Source: Ignavibacteria bacterium
Lineage (GTDB): Bacteria > Bacteroidota > Ignavibacteria > Tepidaquicellales > OLB5
Reading direction: 5' to 3'
NCBI GenBank assembly: GCA_041917655.1
Contig: JAYRXC010000024.1
Span: 1,426-65,425, forward strand
DNA: 64,000 nucleotides
Shown: positions 29,228 to 38,936 of the stretch, in pieces
Layout: every line of letters begins with the position of its first letter
Position numbering within the stretch: position 1 is the stretch's first letter
Program-made: the position numbers and the translations under genes
Notes under the pieces: generated by a model
What the model was told of the DNA's origin: nothing
The model's database searches: none
Seen by the model: only the letters and a program-made list of their open reading frames with translations

Positions 29228-30172
29228 TTATGTTTTTATCTTTTTTAAGAACGGGTGATAGTCCCCGGTCAAGCCAACGGGAACTGCGCTTCTGATCTCG
29301 TAAACCGCTTTGATAGAGGGTAAGGCATCATCGATGGTGTATCCCCTGCCTTCAAGAATCTCCCTGTAACTCACAGTATGCAGGTCGGTGAATCCTTCAG
29401 AAAACTCTATCTCTTCACCATCAAGCGTTATGGAGCGGAAAGTTTTATCGCCTTCTTTCAGGTCGTTTTTATCTATTGAGAGGAACCATTTGACGTTCGC
29501 CTTTTCAAGCTCTATCAATCCTGCTGCCTTATCTTCCCTGTAATAGTGAAGCGTGTTCTTCTTCGGCTCGCCGAATATCCACGATAGCATATCAAAAAAA
29601 TGAACCCCGATATTTGTCGCGATGCCGCCGGACTTGAGCATATCGCCCTTCCAGGAATAGTGGTACCACTTGCCGCGCGGTGTTATGTATGTAAGCTCAA
29701 TATCATGTCTTTTTCCGCTTTTATCCGCATCAATCTTTTCCTTCAGTGCTATTATAGAAGGGTGATGCCTTAGCTGCAGAATAGTGCTCACTTTCCTTCC
29801 GGTTTCTTTTTCAAGCGATTTTAACGCATCAGCATTCCATGGATTCAGAACAAGCGGTTTTTCACAGATCGCATTGGCATCTGCCCTCAATGCAAACCTT
29901 ATATGCGCGTCATGCAGGTAGTTCGGCGAGCAGATGCTTACATAATGTATGCGTGCCTCTTCGCCTTTGCGTCTCAGCATTTCGCAATGCCTGTCAAATC
30001 TTTCATATTCAGTAAAAAAAGAAGCATCAGGAAAATACGTATCAATTATTCCAACGGAGTCATTGGGGTCAAAAATTGCAGCCAGGTTCTGGCCATTGTC
30101 TTTAATTGCTCGTAGATGTCTCGGCGCAACAAATCCGCCTGCGCCAATTAATGCAAAATTGTTTTTCTTCAT
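29228..30172 (-). CDS. Gfo/Idh/MocA-family oxidoreductase, WbpB/WlbA-like (UDP-sugar 3-dehydrogenase type)
   Basis: Rossmann N-terminus 'FALIGAGGFVAPRHLRAIKDNG'. 'DPNDSVGIIDTYFP...FFTEYERFDRH' closely follows the WbpB pattern as I remember it. 'CEKPL' active-site region. Confidence 0.75.
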   Translation of the reverse strand: MKKNNFALIGAGGFVAPRHLRAIKDNGQNLAAIFDPNDSVGIIDTYFPDASFFTEYERFDRHCEMLRRKGEEARIHYVSICSPNYLHDAHIRFALRADANAICEKPLVLNPWNADALKSLEKETGRKVSTILQLRHHPSIIALKEKIDADKSGKRHDIELTYITPRGKWYHYSWKGDMLKSGGIATNIGVHFFDMLSWIFGEPKKNTLHYYREDKAAGLIELEKANVKWFLSIDKNDLKEGDKTFRSITLDGEEIEFSEGFTDLHTVSYREILEGRGYTIDDALPSIKAVYEIRSAVPVGLTGDYHPFLKKIKT

Positions 30173-30265
30173 GTTTTATCCAAAAAGTAAGTACAATTAT
30201 AACAAAAATATAGTTTTAGTAATATGAAATTTATATTACATTATAGTAACAGAAATAACTAATAG

Positions 30266-30369
30266 ACCTCTCCCCCTACCCCCTCTCTCCTGATAGGAGA
30301 GGGGGAACTGAGAAATTTTTAGTTTTCTCTCCCCTCTCCCTTCGGGAGAGGGGCTGGGGGGTGAGGTCT
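30266..30369. repeat. REP-like element, family B: two adjacent GC-rich hairpins
   Basis: ccccctctctcc-tgat-aggagaggggg and ctcccctctccc-ttcg-ggagaggggctggggggtgaggtc. Same family as 62611-62650 and 62707-62746. Confidence 0.75.
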
Positions 30370-32550
30370 AACATGCTTTTGTGCACGTATTTACTGTGCA
30401 CCACCGATGCCCTGATTTATGAATCAACGAATTATTATATTTGTACAAATATTAGACATTTGACCCGTCACAAAAAACAGGAAATAGCCTACATTAAAGG
30501 TGTTGGACCCGGCAGGGCAGAAGCATTCCAAAAGCTGGGACTGAAGTACAACACCGACCTGTTCACCATTTATCCACGCCTGTATTTAGTAAATACTACT
30601 ATACGCAGCCTCAAGGATCATCTTGATACTAACGTCATCATCCGCGGAAAGGTCATAGAAAAATACATACCATGGAAACCCAAGCAGCCGACTAAGATCG
30701 TTATCTTCGACGGCACAGCGAGCATTGAAACCCTTATGTGGGGAAACGCAAAGTACCGTGAAAAGCAGTTTAAGATCGGCGAAGAATATTTGTTCTGGGG
30801 TAAGGCAGCTTACAATGCTTTTGAACGCGAAATAAAGCTTGATATCCGAGATCACAAAAAATGCGACGCAGGCGATGATGACCTGATGAAATACCCGCTG
30901 ATACCTATCTATATCTTATCAGAAGAGCTGAAAAAAACATGGATACGCCCGCTGAGCCTTACGAAAATTATCTTCAATGCGCTGAGAAGCGGCTCATCTG
31001 AAGTTCCGGAAGTGTTAAGCGGCAGCATAAGGGAATCAAACACGCTGCTTGACCACAGGACAGCGCTGCTGCGCACGCATTACCCGCATTCAAGCGATGA
31101 TATTGAACGCGCAAGGCAGACCCTCGCATTCGAAGAGCTGTTCTACCTGCAGCTTGTAATGGCGCTCAAAAAACGCGCGGCAACAGAAGGTGAAAAAGGG
31201 ATATCATTTCGCAAGCTTGGCGAAAATTTCGAAAAGCTTTTCAAAGAGCTGCTTGGCTTCGAGCTTACCGCTGCGCAAAAAAGGGTAATCAGAGAAATAC
31301 GCGCGGATATGATAGCAGGCAAGCCTATGAACAGGCTGCTGCAGGGTGATGTTGGCAGCGGTAAAACAATTGTTGCTGTGTTCTGCATACTGATAGCCAT
31401 CGAAAATGGTTACCAGGCTGCATTTATGTGCCCCACCGAGATCCTTGCCGAACAGCACTACAAAACCCTGAAAGGCTACTTCGATAAGCTTGGAATAAAT
31501 TCTGTAATACTAGTCGGCGGCCAGAAGAAAAAACTCCGCGATCAGATCCTGCAGCAGATAAAAACCGGTGACGCGAAAGTGGTAGTTGGAACTCATGCGC
31601 TGATACAGGAATCGGTTGAATTTAATAGTTTGGGATTCGTTGTAATTGATGAGCAGCATAAGTTCGGAGTAATGCAGCGAGCAAAGCTAAGAGCTAAAGG
31701 CACAAACCCGGATGTGCTGGTTATGACCGCAACACCGATACCGCGCACGCTTTCACTAACAGTATACGGCGATCTTGAAGTCTCGGTTATAGACGAGCTG
31801 CCAAAGAACAGGATAGCAGTAAAAACAGCAATGCGTTTTGAAGAGGACAGGAATAGAGTCTATGCATTTATCCGCGAACAGGTTAAGGCCGGAAGGCAGG
31901 TTTACATTGTTTACCCGGTAATTGATGAATCGGAGAAAAATGACCTTAAATCAGCAGTAAAGCATTTCGAACTATTGAAGAGCTTCACATTTAAAGACCT
32001 GCGGCTGGGGCTGGTTCATGGCAGGCTTGCATGGAATGAAATAGATGATACAATAGAGAGTTTTAAGGAAAAAAAATTAGATATCCTGGTTTCAACAACT
32101 GTAATTGAAGTGGGGATTGATATTCCGAACGCGACTATTATGGTGATCGAAGAGGCGCAGCGGTTCGGGCTTTCACAGCTTCACCAGCTTCGCGGCAGGG
32201 TTGGCCGCGGTGCGGAGCAATCGTTCTGTATCCTGATGGCAGAAAAGCCCGGCGAAATTGCTTCCGAGCGGCTGAAAATCATGTGCGAAACCACAGACGG
32301 CTTTCTAATTTCTGAAACAGATATGAAGCTTCGCGGACCCGGCGAGTTTTTCGGCACGAGGCAATCCGGCGAGCTGCGTTTTTCAGCCGCGGATCTTGGC
32401 AAAGATATGGCGCTGATAGAAAAAGCGAGAAGGGCAGCATTTGATATGGTGCTGGCTGATCCGGAGATAAGGAAAAAAGAAAACGAAGTAATCAGGGAGC
32501 ACTTTCTCATTAACTATAAAGATTCAATGAGCCTGATAAGAATTGCTTAA
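30361..32550 (+). CDS. recG: ATP-dependent DNA helicase RecG (start codon uncertain)
   Basis: 'IKGVGPGRAEAFQKLG' HhH region, wedge/OB domain, Walker A 'GDVGSGKT', 'DEQHKFG', 'TATPIPRTL', 'QLHQLRGRVGRG'. The listed GTG start lies inside the REP element. An ATG at 30373 or a TTG at 30460 are alternatives. Confidence 0.9.
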   Translation: MRSNMLLCTYLLCTTDALIYESTNYYICTNIRHLTRHKKQEIAYIKGVGPGRAEAFQKLGLKYNTDLFTIYPRLYLVNTTIRSLKDHLDTNVIIRGKVIEKYIPWKPKQPTKIVIFDGTASIETLMWGNAKYREKQFKIGEEYLFWGKAAYNAFEREIKLDIRDHKKCDAGDDDLMKYPLIPIYILSEELKKTWIRPLSLTKIIFNALRSGSSEVPEVLSGSIRESNTLLDHRTALLRTHYPHSSDDIERARQTLAFEELFYLQLVMALKKRAATEGEKGISFRKLGENFEKLFKELLGFELTAAQKRVIREIRADMIAGKPMNRLLQGDVGSGKTIVAVFCILIAIENGYQAAFMCPTEILAEQHYKTLKGYFDKLGINSVILVGGQKKKLRDQILQQIKTGDAKVVVGTHALIQESVEFNSLGFVVIDEQHKFGVMQRAKLRAKGTNPDVLVMTATPIPRTLSLTVYGDLEVSVIDELPKNRIAVKTAMRFEEDRNRVYAFIREQVKAGRQVYIVYPVIDESEKNDLKSAVKHFELLKSFTFKDLRLGLVHGRLAWNEIDDTIESFKEKKLDILVSTTVIEVGIDIPNATIMVIEEAQRFGLSQLHQLRGRVGRGAEQSFCILMAEKPGEIASERLKIMCETTDGFLISETDMKLRGPGEFFGTRQSGELRFSAADLGKDMALIEKARRAAFDMVLADPEIRKKENEVIREHFLINYKDSMSLIRIA

Positions 32551-32583
32551 CCGGTTTAAAAAAATTAAACAGATTATACTAAT

Positions 32584-33216
32584 ATGTCCAAAAGAATAAC
32601 TCCCCTGGTAGCGCTTGTAATAATCGCAGCCATTTTATGGGTAGAAATGTTTGTCCTTAAGTCATTTAATTTCTGGATAGAAATGACAATAGCGGCTACG
32701 CTGCTTGCAGGGCTTGGGCTCTGGTTCAATCACCGTTCCGGTGAGGCAATAAATTACAGGCTGTATTACTTTGAACCAAAATACATAATTGTTGGGATTG
32801 TTTCGGCTGCCCTGCTGTACCTTGTGTTCTACACCGGGGATATAGTATCAAAGCTAATACTACCTTTCGCTGATAAACAGGTTATTGGCGTGTATGATAA
32901 CAAATCGCTGCTTAGTCCAACAGTTATTGGCCTGCTGCTTGTGTTTTTAATTGGCCCGGCGGAAGAAGTTTTCTGGCGCGGTTTTGTGCAGGATACACTT
33001 GCCGAAAAGTTTGGAGATAACAAAGGCTGGATCATCGCATCGCTTATTTACGGCGGAGTGCATATTGTAGCGATGAATTTTATGCTGTTTATGGCTGCAC
33101 TGATATGCGGACTGTTCTGGGGATGGATGTTCAAGAAGTATAAATCTGTTTGGCCGGGAATAATTTCTCATGCATTGTGGGACCTTACTATATTTATTCT
33201 ACTTCCTGTGAGATAG
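32584..33216 (+). CDS. CPBP-family intramembrane glutamic endopeptidase (CAAX protease-like)
   Basis: Multi-TM protein with 'PAEEVFWRGF' (EExxxR), 'GGVH' and 'SHALWD' motifs. Confidence 0.85.
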   Translation: MSKRITPLVALVIIAAILWVEMFVLKSFNFWIEMTIAATLLAGLGLWFNHRSGEAINYRLYYFEPKYIIVGIVSAALLYLVFYTGDIVSKLILPFADKQVIGVYDNKSLLSPTVIGLLLVFLIGPAEEVFWRGFVQDTLAEKFGDNKGWIIASLIYGGVHIVAMNFMLFMAALICGLFWGWMFKKYKSVWPGIISHALWDLTIFILLPVR

Positions 33217-33282
33217 TAAGTCCTGGCTATCAATTAGGTATAAGTGATATTATTTTTTTCGGCAATATTAGATAATAAAAAA

Positions 33283-33312
33283 GGCTGTCTAAAGACAGCC
33301 CTTTTGTTTTTT
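33283..33312. terminator. Bidirectional rho-independent terminator between convergent genes
   Basis: ggctgtct / agacagcc stem flanked by an A-run upstream and 'cttttgtttttt' downstream. Confidence 0.7.
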
Positions 33313-33328
33313 GATTTTTAGATCAAAC

Positions 33329-33733
33329 TTATCTTATGAATTCAACAAGCGCGCTGGCAACTGTGTTTTTGCTCTTATCAAGAAGGAAACACCTGTAGAT
33401 ACCGGGTGAATCAACCCTGAGATCGCTTGATTCGAAATAGATGTATTTCATATCTGATGATACATCGAAATCGACTTTTTTATAATAATCGAATGAATAG
33501 CCATTGTATTTATCAAACTGGATGGAACAATCGGTTAAGCCAAGAGCATAATCGCATTTAACCATGACTGTAACAGGACCTGTATAGAACCTGTCGCTGA
33601 TTGACTGCTCGCCTGAAGAACCGTATTTTTCACAGAAATAAAGTACGGGGCCGTTCTGAGCCTTAATGTTTGATGTGAAGCCTAAAACAAGCAACAAAGC
33701 GAAAAACCCCAAAAACAATTTAAATTTAGTCAT
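33329..33733 (-). CDS. Small secreted protein (paralogue of lipoprotein 16274..16681)
   Basis: Signal peptide (FLGFFALLLVLGFTSNIKAQ). Shared motifs 'LYFCEKY', 'GPVTVMVK', 'YIYF' and a C-terminal 'VEFI'. Confidence 0.65.
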   Translation of the reverse strand: MTKFKLFLGFFALLLVLGFTSNIKAQNGPVLYFCEKYGSSGEQSISDRFYTGPVTVMVKCDYALGLTDCSIQFDKYNGYSFDYYKKVDFDVSSDMKYIYFESSDLRVDSPGIYRCFLLDKSKNTVASALVEFIR

Positions 33734-33968
33734 TTTGACCCTTTCTAATTAGTTGATGAATAATGATAATATTTATACAATTTAACAAAAAAAAAGTTTC
33801 AAAAAATATGCATATAATTAGTTCAATCACACATTATTTATCTGATCACAGCTTTTTTAAATTAAATCAAACAGCTTAAAACATTAAAAAACAGATACTT
33901 TATCTTTTTGTAAAAGATTATTTCAATCATTCAATTTGATATTTGTATTGTATATATTTGAATGAAAT

Positions 33969-35417
33969 ATGAATTATATTGATCAAAAATTCAACAAAAA
34001 ATCCCAGCGGCTGGAGTTTCTTATTCCCCTGCTCAATATTGCATCCGATTCAATTGCTATCTTTGCATCATTCATAATATCCTACTATATCAGGTTCTAT
34101 TTTAAACCCTTTGTGTCACTGTTCCCATTCCAGGGAGAAATTCCGCCTATTTCCGGCTACCTTTTCCTTGCAGCAGTCGTACTGCCGGTTTGGCTGCTGA
34201 TATTCCAATCAAGGAAAATGTTCCGCTCCAGGCGTATTGTTTTTATTTTTGATGAGTTTTTCCTTATTGGCCGCCTTGTAACCTTCGGACTGATATTTTC
34301 ATTCGGCCTCATATTCTTCTACAGGTTATTTCCGTATTCAAGGCTTGTGCTGGTTGTTGTATGGTTCCTTTCCATAATCTTAATAACAGCCGGCCGTTAC
34401 TTTGTGCTTAAGTTTGAAAAGACCTTATATAACAAAGGACGCGGGCTTAAAGACACATTGATTGTTGGCAATAACCAAACCGCAGCCGATATAACGGAAA
34501 GGCTCTCCAGCCACAGATACGCGGGATTCAATATCATAGGCTATATTGAAGAAAGCTCACCCGCAAACGGCGGCTATCTTCCGGAATCAATGAAGCTTGG
34601 AACATACAGTGATATTGTTAACATTGTTCAGCAAAGGAATATTGAAACTGTATTGGTAGCGATACCTTCCACCGAACACGAAAAGCTGTATGGATTAATG
34701 AAAGATTGCGAAGGAGAAAATGTTGAATTCCTTATGGTGCCTGATTTTCTCGAGGTAATAACATCCTCTGTGCGCGTACAGGAAATTGACGGCATCCCCC
34801 TGCTGAAGATCAAGAGCATCCCCATGAACATCTGGAACCGTATTCTGAAAAGGGGGTTTGATTTTGCTTTTGCGTTATCAATACTTATTTTAACTTCTCC
34901 TCTGTTCATTCTGCTGGCTCTGCTGGTTAAATTCACCTCAAAAGGACCTGTCTTTTATAAGCAGGAAAGACTAAGTATTACGGGCAGGAAATTCGATATG
35001 ATAAAATTCCGCTCAATGGTTGTTGATGCCGAAAAGGCTACCGGGGCTGTATATGTTAAAAAGGGCGATTCAAGGTACACACCAATAGGAGAGATGCTCC
35101 GTAAGTATTCGCTGGATGAGCTTCCGCAGTTTATCAATGTGCTTAAAGGCGATATGAGCATAGTTGGGCCGCGGCCGGAGAGGGAGTATTTCATAAACCT
35201 GTTCAAAGATAAGATACCCAAGTACCTCGAAAGGCACAGAGTAAAGTGCGGTATCACAGGATGGGCGCAGGTGAATGGGCTGCGGGGCAGCGATTCATCT
35301 ATAGAAAAAAGAATCGAATACGATATATACTATATTGAACACTGGTCGATAATTTTTGACCTTAAGATCATTATCAAAACAATTAAAGAGATGTTCTTCT
35401 CAAAGGCGGCTTACTAA
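33969..35417 (+). CDS. Undecaprenyl-phosphate sugar phosphotransferase (WbaP/WcaJ-type exopolysaccharide initiating enzyme)
   Basis: Four or five N-terminal TM helices, a central Rossmann-like region, and the C-terminal 'bacterial sugar transferase' motifs 'KRGFDF..A', 'FRSM', 'DELPQFINVLKGDMSIVGPRPE', 'GITGWAQVNG'. Confidence 0.9.
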   Translation: MNYIDQKFNKKSQRLEFLIPLLNIASDSIAIFASFIISYYIRFYFKPFVSLFPFQGEIPPISGYLFLAAVVLPVWLLIFQSRKMFRSRRIVFIFDEFFLIGRLVTFGLIFSFGLIFFYRLFPYSRLVLVVVWFLSIILITAGRYFVLKFEKTLYNKGRGLKDTLIVGNNQTAADITERLSSHRYAGFNIIGYIEESSPANGGYLPESMKLGTYSDIVNIVQQRNIETVLVAIPSTEHEKLYGLMKDCEGENVEFLMVPDFLEVITSSVRVQEIDGIPLLKIKSIPMNIWNRILKRGFDFAFALSILILTSPLFILLALLVKFTSKGPVFYKQERLSITGRKFDMIKFRSMVVDAEKATGAVYVKKGDSRYTPIGEMLRKYSLDELPQFINVLKGDMSIVGPRPEREYFINLFKDKIPKYLERHRVKCGITGWAQVNGLRGSDSSIEKRIEYDIYYIEHWSIIFDLKIIIKTIKEMFFSKAAY

Positions 35418-35714
35418 ATGATAGAAGTAATTTTATTCTACGCTCACGCAGTTTTTTTCGCTTATGTTTTCGCAAGGAATTATGTTGAAGAAAAGCTGGT
35501 CAGCGCGATACTAAGCACAATATTTGTCATTATCATTTTTACTGTTGGGTGGACCTTCTCCGCATTCGTTGTAGGGTTCTTCATCCCCGATGCAGGGCTC
35601 ACAAGGGTTCTTACCAAGGCAGCCTTTTCACTGGGGCTTCTTACAACCCTTGAAGTAATATTCTATAAATTCTATTTCAGTAAGAGCAAACCCCTCGGCG
35701 CGGTTAACGCTTAG
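35418..35714 (+). CDS. Small hypothetical membrane protein (98 aa)
   Basis: The start abuts the stop of the sugar transferase. Three hydrophobic helices. Confidence 0.5.
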   Translation: MIEVILFYAHAVFFAYVFARNYVEEKLVSAILSTIFVIIIFTVGWTFSAFVVGFFIPDAGLTRVLTKAAFSLGLLTTLEVIFYKFYFSKSKPLGAVNA

Positions 35715-35717
35715 AAC

Positions 35718-35793
35718 TAACAGCGCAACATCACCGTAACAGTGCAACATCACCGTAACAGCGCAACATCACTGTAACAGCGCAACATCACGG
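35718..35793. repeat. Tandem repeat, 19 bp x 4 (taacagYgcaacatcacYg)
   Basis: Units at 35718-35736, 35737-35755, 35756-35774 and 35775-35793, each with at most 2 substitutions, counted directly from the sequence. Confidence 0.9.
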
Positions 35794-36155
35794 GGCAGTA
35801 TTTTTAGAAGTACTTTCCTTATCTGCATTCCGGATTTGACGGAATAAATTCCCACAGAGGCCTCCCCCTCTTTGCCTTTTGACCTGACCCTGACTGAGCT
35901 GCTGCCCGGATCTCCGGCAAACTCAACCAAGCTTGCACCTTCTTCAATAACGAATGCGGCATCCACCTTGCTGAACGGAACTTCAAATCCAAGTATATTA
36001 ACTCTTTTAACCGTTATAAGGACTTCCGAATTCACGCTTGCTCTCAATACTTCCGGGGCTACATCTATCTTTATATCGCTGGATGTAAAAACCAGCCTGT
36101 CCGCAGCAAGTGCGGCAAGAATTACAGCCAGAATGATCGTGAGTTTTTTATACAA
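35769..36155 (-). CDS. Hypothetical membrane-anchored/secreted protein (128 aa), possibly Ig-like
   Basis: N-terminal hydrophobic anchor (LTIILAVILAALAA) and a beta-rich body. The last 9 codons (LPRDVALLQ*) are encoded by the 19-bp tandem repeat. Confidence 0.5.
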   Translation of the reverse strand: MYKKLTIILAVILAALAADRLVFTSSDIKIDVAPEVLRASVNSEVLITVKRVNILGFEVPFSKVDAAFVIEEGASLVEFAGDPGSSSVRVRSKGKEGEASVGIYSVKSGMQIRKVLLKILPRDVALLQ

Positions 36156-36207
36156 GCGGGGTATGTTTCTGAATTATGGTATTTTACAATGTAAGCCGGT
36201 GCCGCGA

Positions 36208-37980
36208 TCAATCATCGCCGAACTTAAGCTTAACATTTTTGGGAAGCTCGATCTTGCTTTCGGTATTGGAAGGCTTCGGGGTTTTTTCAGTTTTCTTTTC
36301 CGTGCTAAGCCTTCTAATGATTGTTTCATCTACTGCCTTTACCTGCACAAGGTCATCCTCAACAGACTTGCTTGAAGCAGCATCGGTGAGCAGCAGGTTC
36401 AGCTCGGGCGTTTGCTGGAAGTCTTCGGACTGGATTATATTTATGTGGTCAAGCTCTTCGAACAGGCTGCGCTGGCCGGGTACTTTTTTCTGCCTGAATG
36501 CAGGTATCTTTGTTTTGATGCGGAACTCTTCTTTTTCACCCTGTTCAACATCTTCGGCCGTGGTTTCCGAAAACAGCTTTATTTCATCATCAGAGCGGCC
36601 TGTCAAATCGAGCTTTTCCACATTTTCCCTGGCTGCCTGTTTTTTCTTCAGCTCTTCGTATTTTCCTGTCCTGTAAAGATTCTCACGGGTTTCATTTATC
36701 CTTACCGCAAGATCATTTTCGTCACAGCATAGCAGTTTCCCTTCGCGGTATTTGAACTCACCATCTATCATAACTCCTGAAATATTGTATGATGTGAGGT
36801 TATCAACGAGGAAATCGCACACGCTTTCATATGTAAACTCTTCGGGGAAAAACTGGAAGCGAAGATCCGCAAGATCCACGAACATCATGTTAGCATGCCT
36901 GTTTATATCGATGGAGTAGCCCGCATCACCTTCGGGTTCATAGTTAAAATACAGGTTATGGGCGCCCGAAGTAACCGCGCCAAGCAGCTCGGTGCTGGAA
37001 ATATTAAGCTCTTTGTACTTGTTCCTGAAAAGCCTTACCTCTTTAAGTATATCCTCGCCAAGCCACCCTGTGGCTATTGTGTATTTTATGCCATGGCCTA
37101 TGTAATCATCTATCGGGAAATATCTCGAAGTAAAGAAGTTAAGATCGCGCGGACAAATAATGACGTTTGCTTTCCTTTCAGTAATTATCTTCATATCGCT
37201 GTAATCCAGGTAAAGGGGATTTATAAGTGATGTACCGGAATCAATGAGTCCGTATTCATCAAACAGGGATATTACCGATTTCCTGAAGGTTTGCCTGAAC
37301 TGTTCGGTCACATCTTTATTCACAGCAACTTCAAGGAACAGGTTGCGCAGGTTATGGTTCTTCAGCTCGGTAATTCCGGATATGTCATAAACCGTCAGTA
37401 GGTTTTCCTGCGTTACGTAGAATGAAGGATTCAGATACTTGTAATCCCTGATGGTATTAGGGTCCTGTTTGATTGGGTAGCAGACCGAAATATTCTGCCC
37501 GGTTGCGTTTGAAGCATTAGTTACAGGTAACAGGTGGTTAGTATCTTTTCGAAGTGAAAACTCGTTCAGCGAAGCTACACCGGATTTCAGGGCGCGGTTA
37601 AATGAATAATCATAAATATTCTGCAGATCGCGCTTGTGATTTTCACCCGGCATCTCCTGGTACATGTAGTTAAAAATCAGGTCAGTGCAAAGATCTTCCT
37701 CTGCTTTTTCATAATGCCTTCTCTTAAGCAGGTAGTGAATCAATGCGCCTTCGGATTTCTGGCATGTATTTACCAGCGGAGGCATAAGCAGCATATTTGT
37801 GCAGTCAATAATTTCTGCTGTTGAGCTGTATTGCTCGATCCATTTTTCAACCTTGGCGGTTCCTTTCGCAGTGGAATCTGCCATATCTGTGATCTTGTTG
37901 CCATTCAGCAATAATGAATACCGCCCGAAGTCATTGCTTCGGTTGAAGGTAAGTACGTATGCGTTTTTAAGAATTTTCAA
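36208..37980 (-). CDS. Amidohydrolase-fold-like protein lacking the canonical HxH metal motif, with a charged C-terminal tail
   Basis: N-terminus 'KILKNAYVLT...LLLNGNKI...IDCTNMLLMPPLVNTCQKS' follows the amidohydrolase layout, but HxH is replaced by C-Q-K. The last ~130 aa are E/K-rich low complexity. Confidence 0.6.
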   Translation of the reverse strand: MKILKNAYVLTFNRSNDFGRYSLLLNGNKITDMADSTAKGTAKVEKWIEQYSSTAEIIDCTNMLLMPPLVNTCQKSEGALIHYLLKRRHYEKAEEDLCTDLIFNYMYQEMPGENHKRDLQNIYDYSFNRALKSGVASLNEFSLRKDTNHLLPVTNASNATGQNISVCYPIKQDPNTIRDYKYLNPSFYVTQENLLTVYDISGITELKNHNLRNLFLEVAVNKDVTEQFRQTFRKSVISLFDEYGLIDSGTSLINPLYLDYSDMKIITERKANVIICPRDLNFFTSRYFPIDDYIGHGIKYTIATGWLGEDILKEVRLFRNKYKELNISSTELLGAVTSGAHNLYFNYEPEGDAGYSIDINRHANMMFVDLADLRFQFFPEEFTYESVCDFLVDNLTSYNISGVMIDGEFKYREGKLLCCDENDLAVRINETRENLYRTGKYEELKKKQAARENVEKLDLTGRSDDEIKLFSETTAEDVEQGEKEEFRIKTKIPAFRQKKVPGQRSLFEELDHINIIQSEDFQQTPELNLLLTDAASSKSVEDDLVQVKAVDETIIRRLSTEKKTEKTPKPSNTESKIELPKNVKLKFGDD

Positions 37981-38936
37981 AGATCTTCTATTACAAATTT
38001 TTCGTCAATAATGAAATTGCTTCTGGAAAGAGTGTTTTTCCCTCCGGTGCAAAGTGCGTATTCAAATCCTTCCCTGACGCTTGCCGCGCCATATTCGCCT
38101 TTTACGTTTACTGCAATGAATCCAACCTGGTAATCGTGGTCCCTGTTCTTATGCGAAAGCAGGTTCAGCTTGATCACTCTTTTTGCGGCATACTCGCATG
38201 CTTCCTGCGGAGTCATTCCGCGTCCCATCATTTCGACAGCCAGAAAGCTTCCGCAGGCTCTTACACATTCTTCTCCCCTGCCGGTAGATGCAGCCCCTCC
38301 AATTTCGCCGTCAACATAAAGCCCGGCGCCTATTATCGGAGAATCTCCAACCCTGCCGTGCAGCTTCCATGCAGTCCCGCTGGTTGTGCAGGATGCGGAT
38401 ATATTCCCGTTCTTATCTATGGCTACCATTCCAATTGTATCGTGATTTCCGTCATCGTTGATTCCAAGTTCACCTGAACGCTTTACTTTGTATTCATCAG
38501 TGTGAAACTCCTGTGACCTTCCAAAATTCCCTTGTTTCCATTCGATATATTTCTTTATGGAATTCTCAGTATGAAGAATATCGGGCTGAAAGCCGTTAGT
38601 GATGGCGAAGTTGTAGGCTCCTTCTCCCGCAAGACAAACATGCTCTGTATTTTCGAGTATTAGCCTTGCTACACTGACCGGATTTTTGATATGCTCAACG
38701 CAAATCACCGCGCCTATCCGCGCCTTCCAGTCCATGATAGCAGCATCAAGGGTTACTCTGCCTTCGGCATCGGGCAATCCTCCGTATCCAACACTTAGTA
38801 CATTTGGATCGTTTTCTGCGACTTTCACACCTTCCTCAACTGCATCGAGGGAAGTACCCCCGTTTTTGAGTATTTCAATTGCTTTCTCGTTGGCAGCAAT
38901 TCCGTGTTTCCAGGTAGATATTACAAGTGGTTCCAT
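37977..38936 (-). CDS. N4-(beta-N-acetylglucosaminyl)-L-asparaginase / isoaspartyl peptidase (Ntn-hydrolase, asparaginase 2 family)
   Basis: 'HDTIGMVAID' autoprocessing Thr motif, 'GDSPIIGAGLY', 'GAASTGRGEE'. I prefer the ATG at 38936 (MEPLVISTWKHG). The stop overlaps the next gene's start by 4 nt. Confidence 0.85.
   Translation of the reverse strand: MEPLVISTWKHGIAANEKAIEILKNGGTSLDAVEEGVKVAENDPNVLSVGYGGLPDAEGRVTLDAAIMDWKARIGAVICVEHIKNPVSVARLILENTEHVCLAGEGAYNFAITNGFQPDILHTENSIKKYIEWKQGNFGRSQEFHTDEYKVKRSGELGINDDGNHDTIGMVAIDKNGNISASCTTSGTAWKLHGRVGDSPIIGAGLYVDGEIGGAASTGRGEECVRACGSFLAVEMMGRGMTPQEACEYAAKRVIKLNLLSHKNRDHDYQVGFIAVNVKGEYGAASVREGFEYALCTGGKNTLSRSNFIIDEKFVIEDL

Noticed and set aside
29080-29295. 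A 71-aa plus-strand ORF between the peptidase and oxidoreductase genes
   Set aside because: It overlaps the 3' end of the WbpB-like gene on the opposite strand, and it shows neither a recognisable motif nor a coding-like composition.
35718-35793. A CRISPR array (also considered for 51754..51872)
   Set aside because: The repeats are directly abutting with no spacers, the units are only 19 bp or 7 bp, and there are no cas genes in the window.
35872-36676. Long plus-strand ORFs (35872..36375, 36176..36676, 36412..36732)
   Set aside because: They are antisense to better-supported minus-strand genes, and their low-complexity Ser/Phe/Leu-rich translations mirror the E/K-rich tail on the opposite strand.
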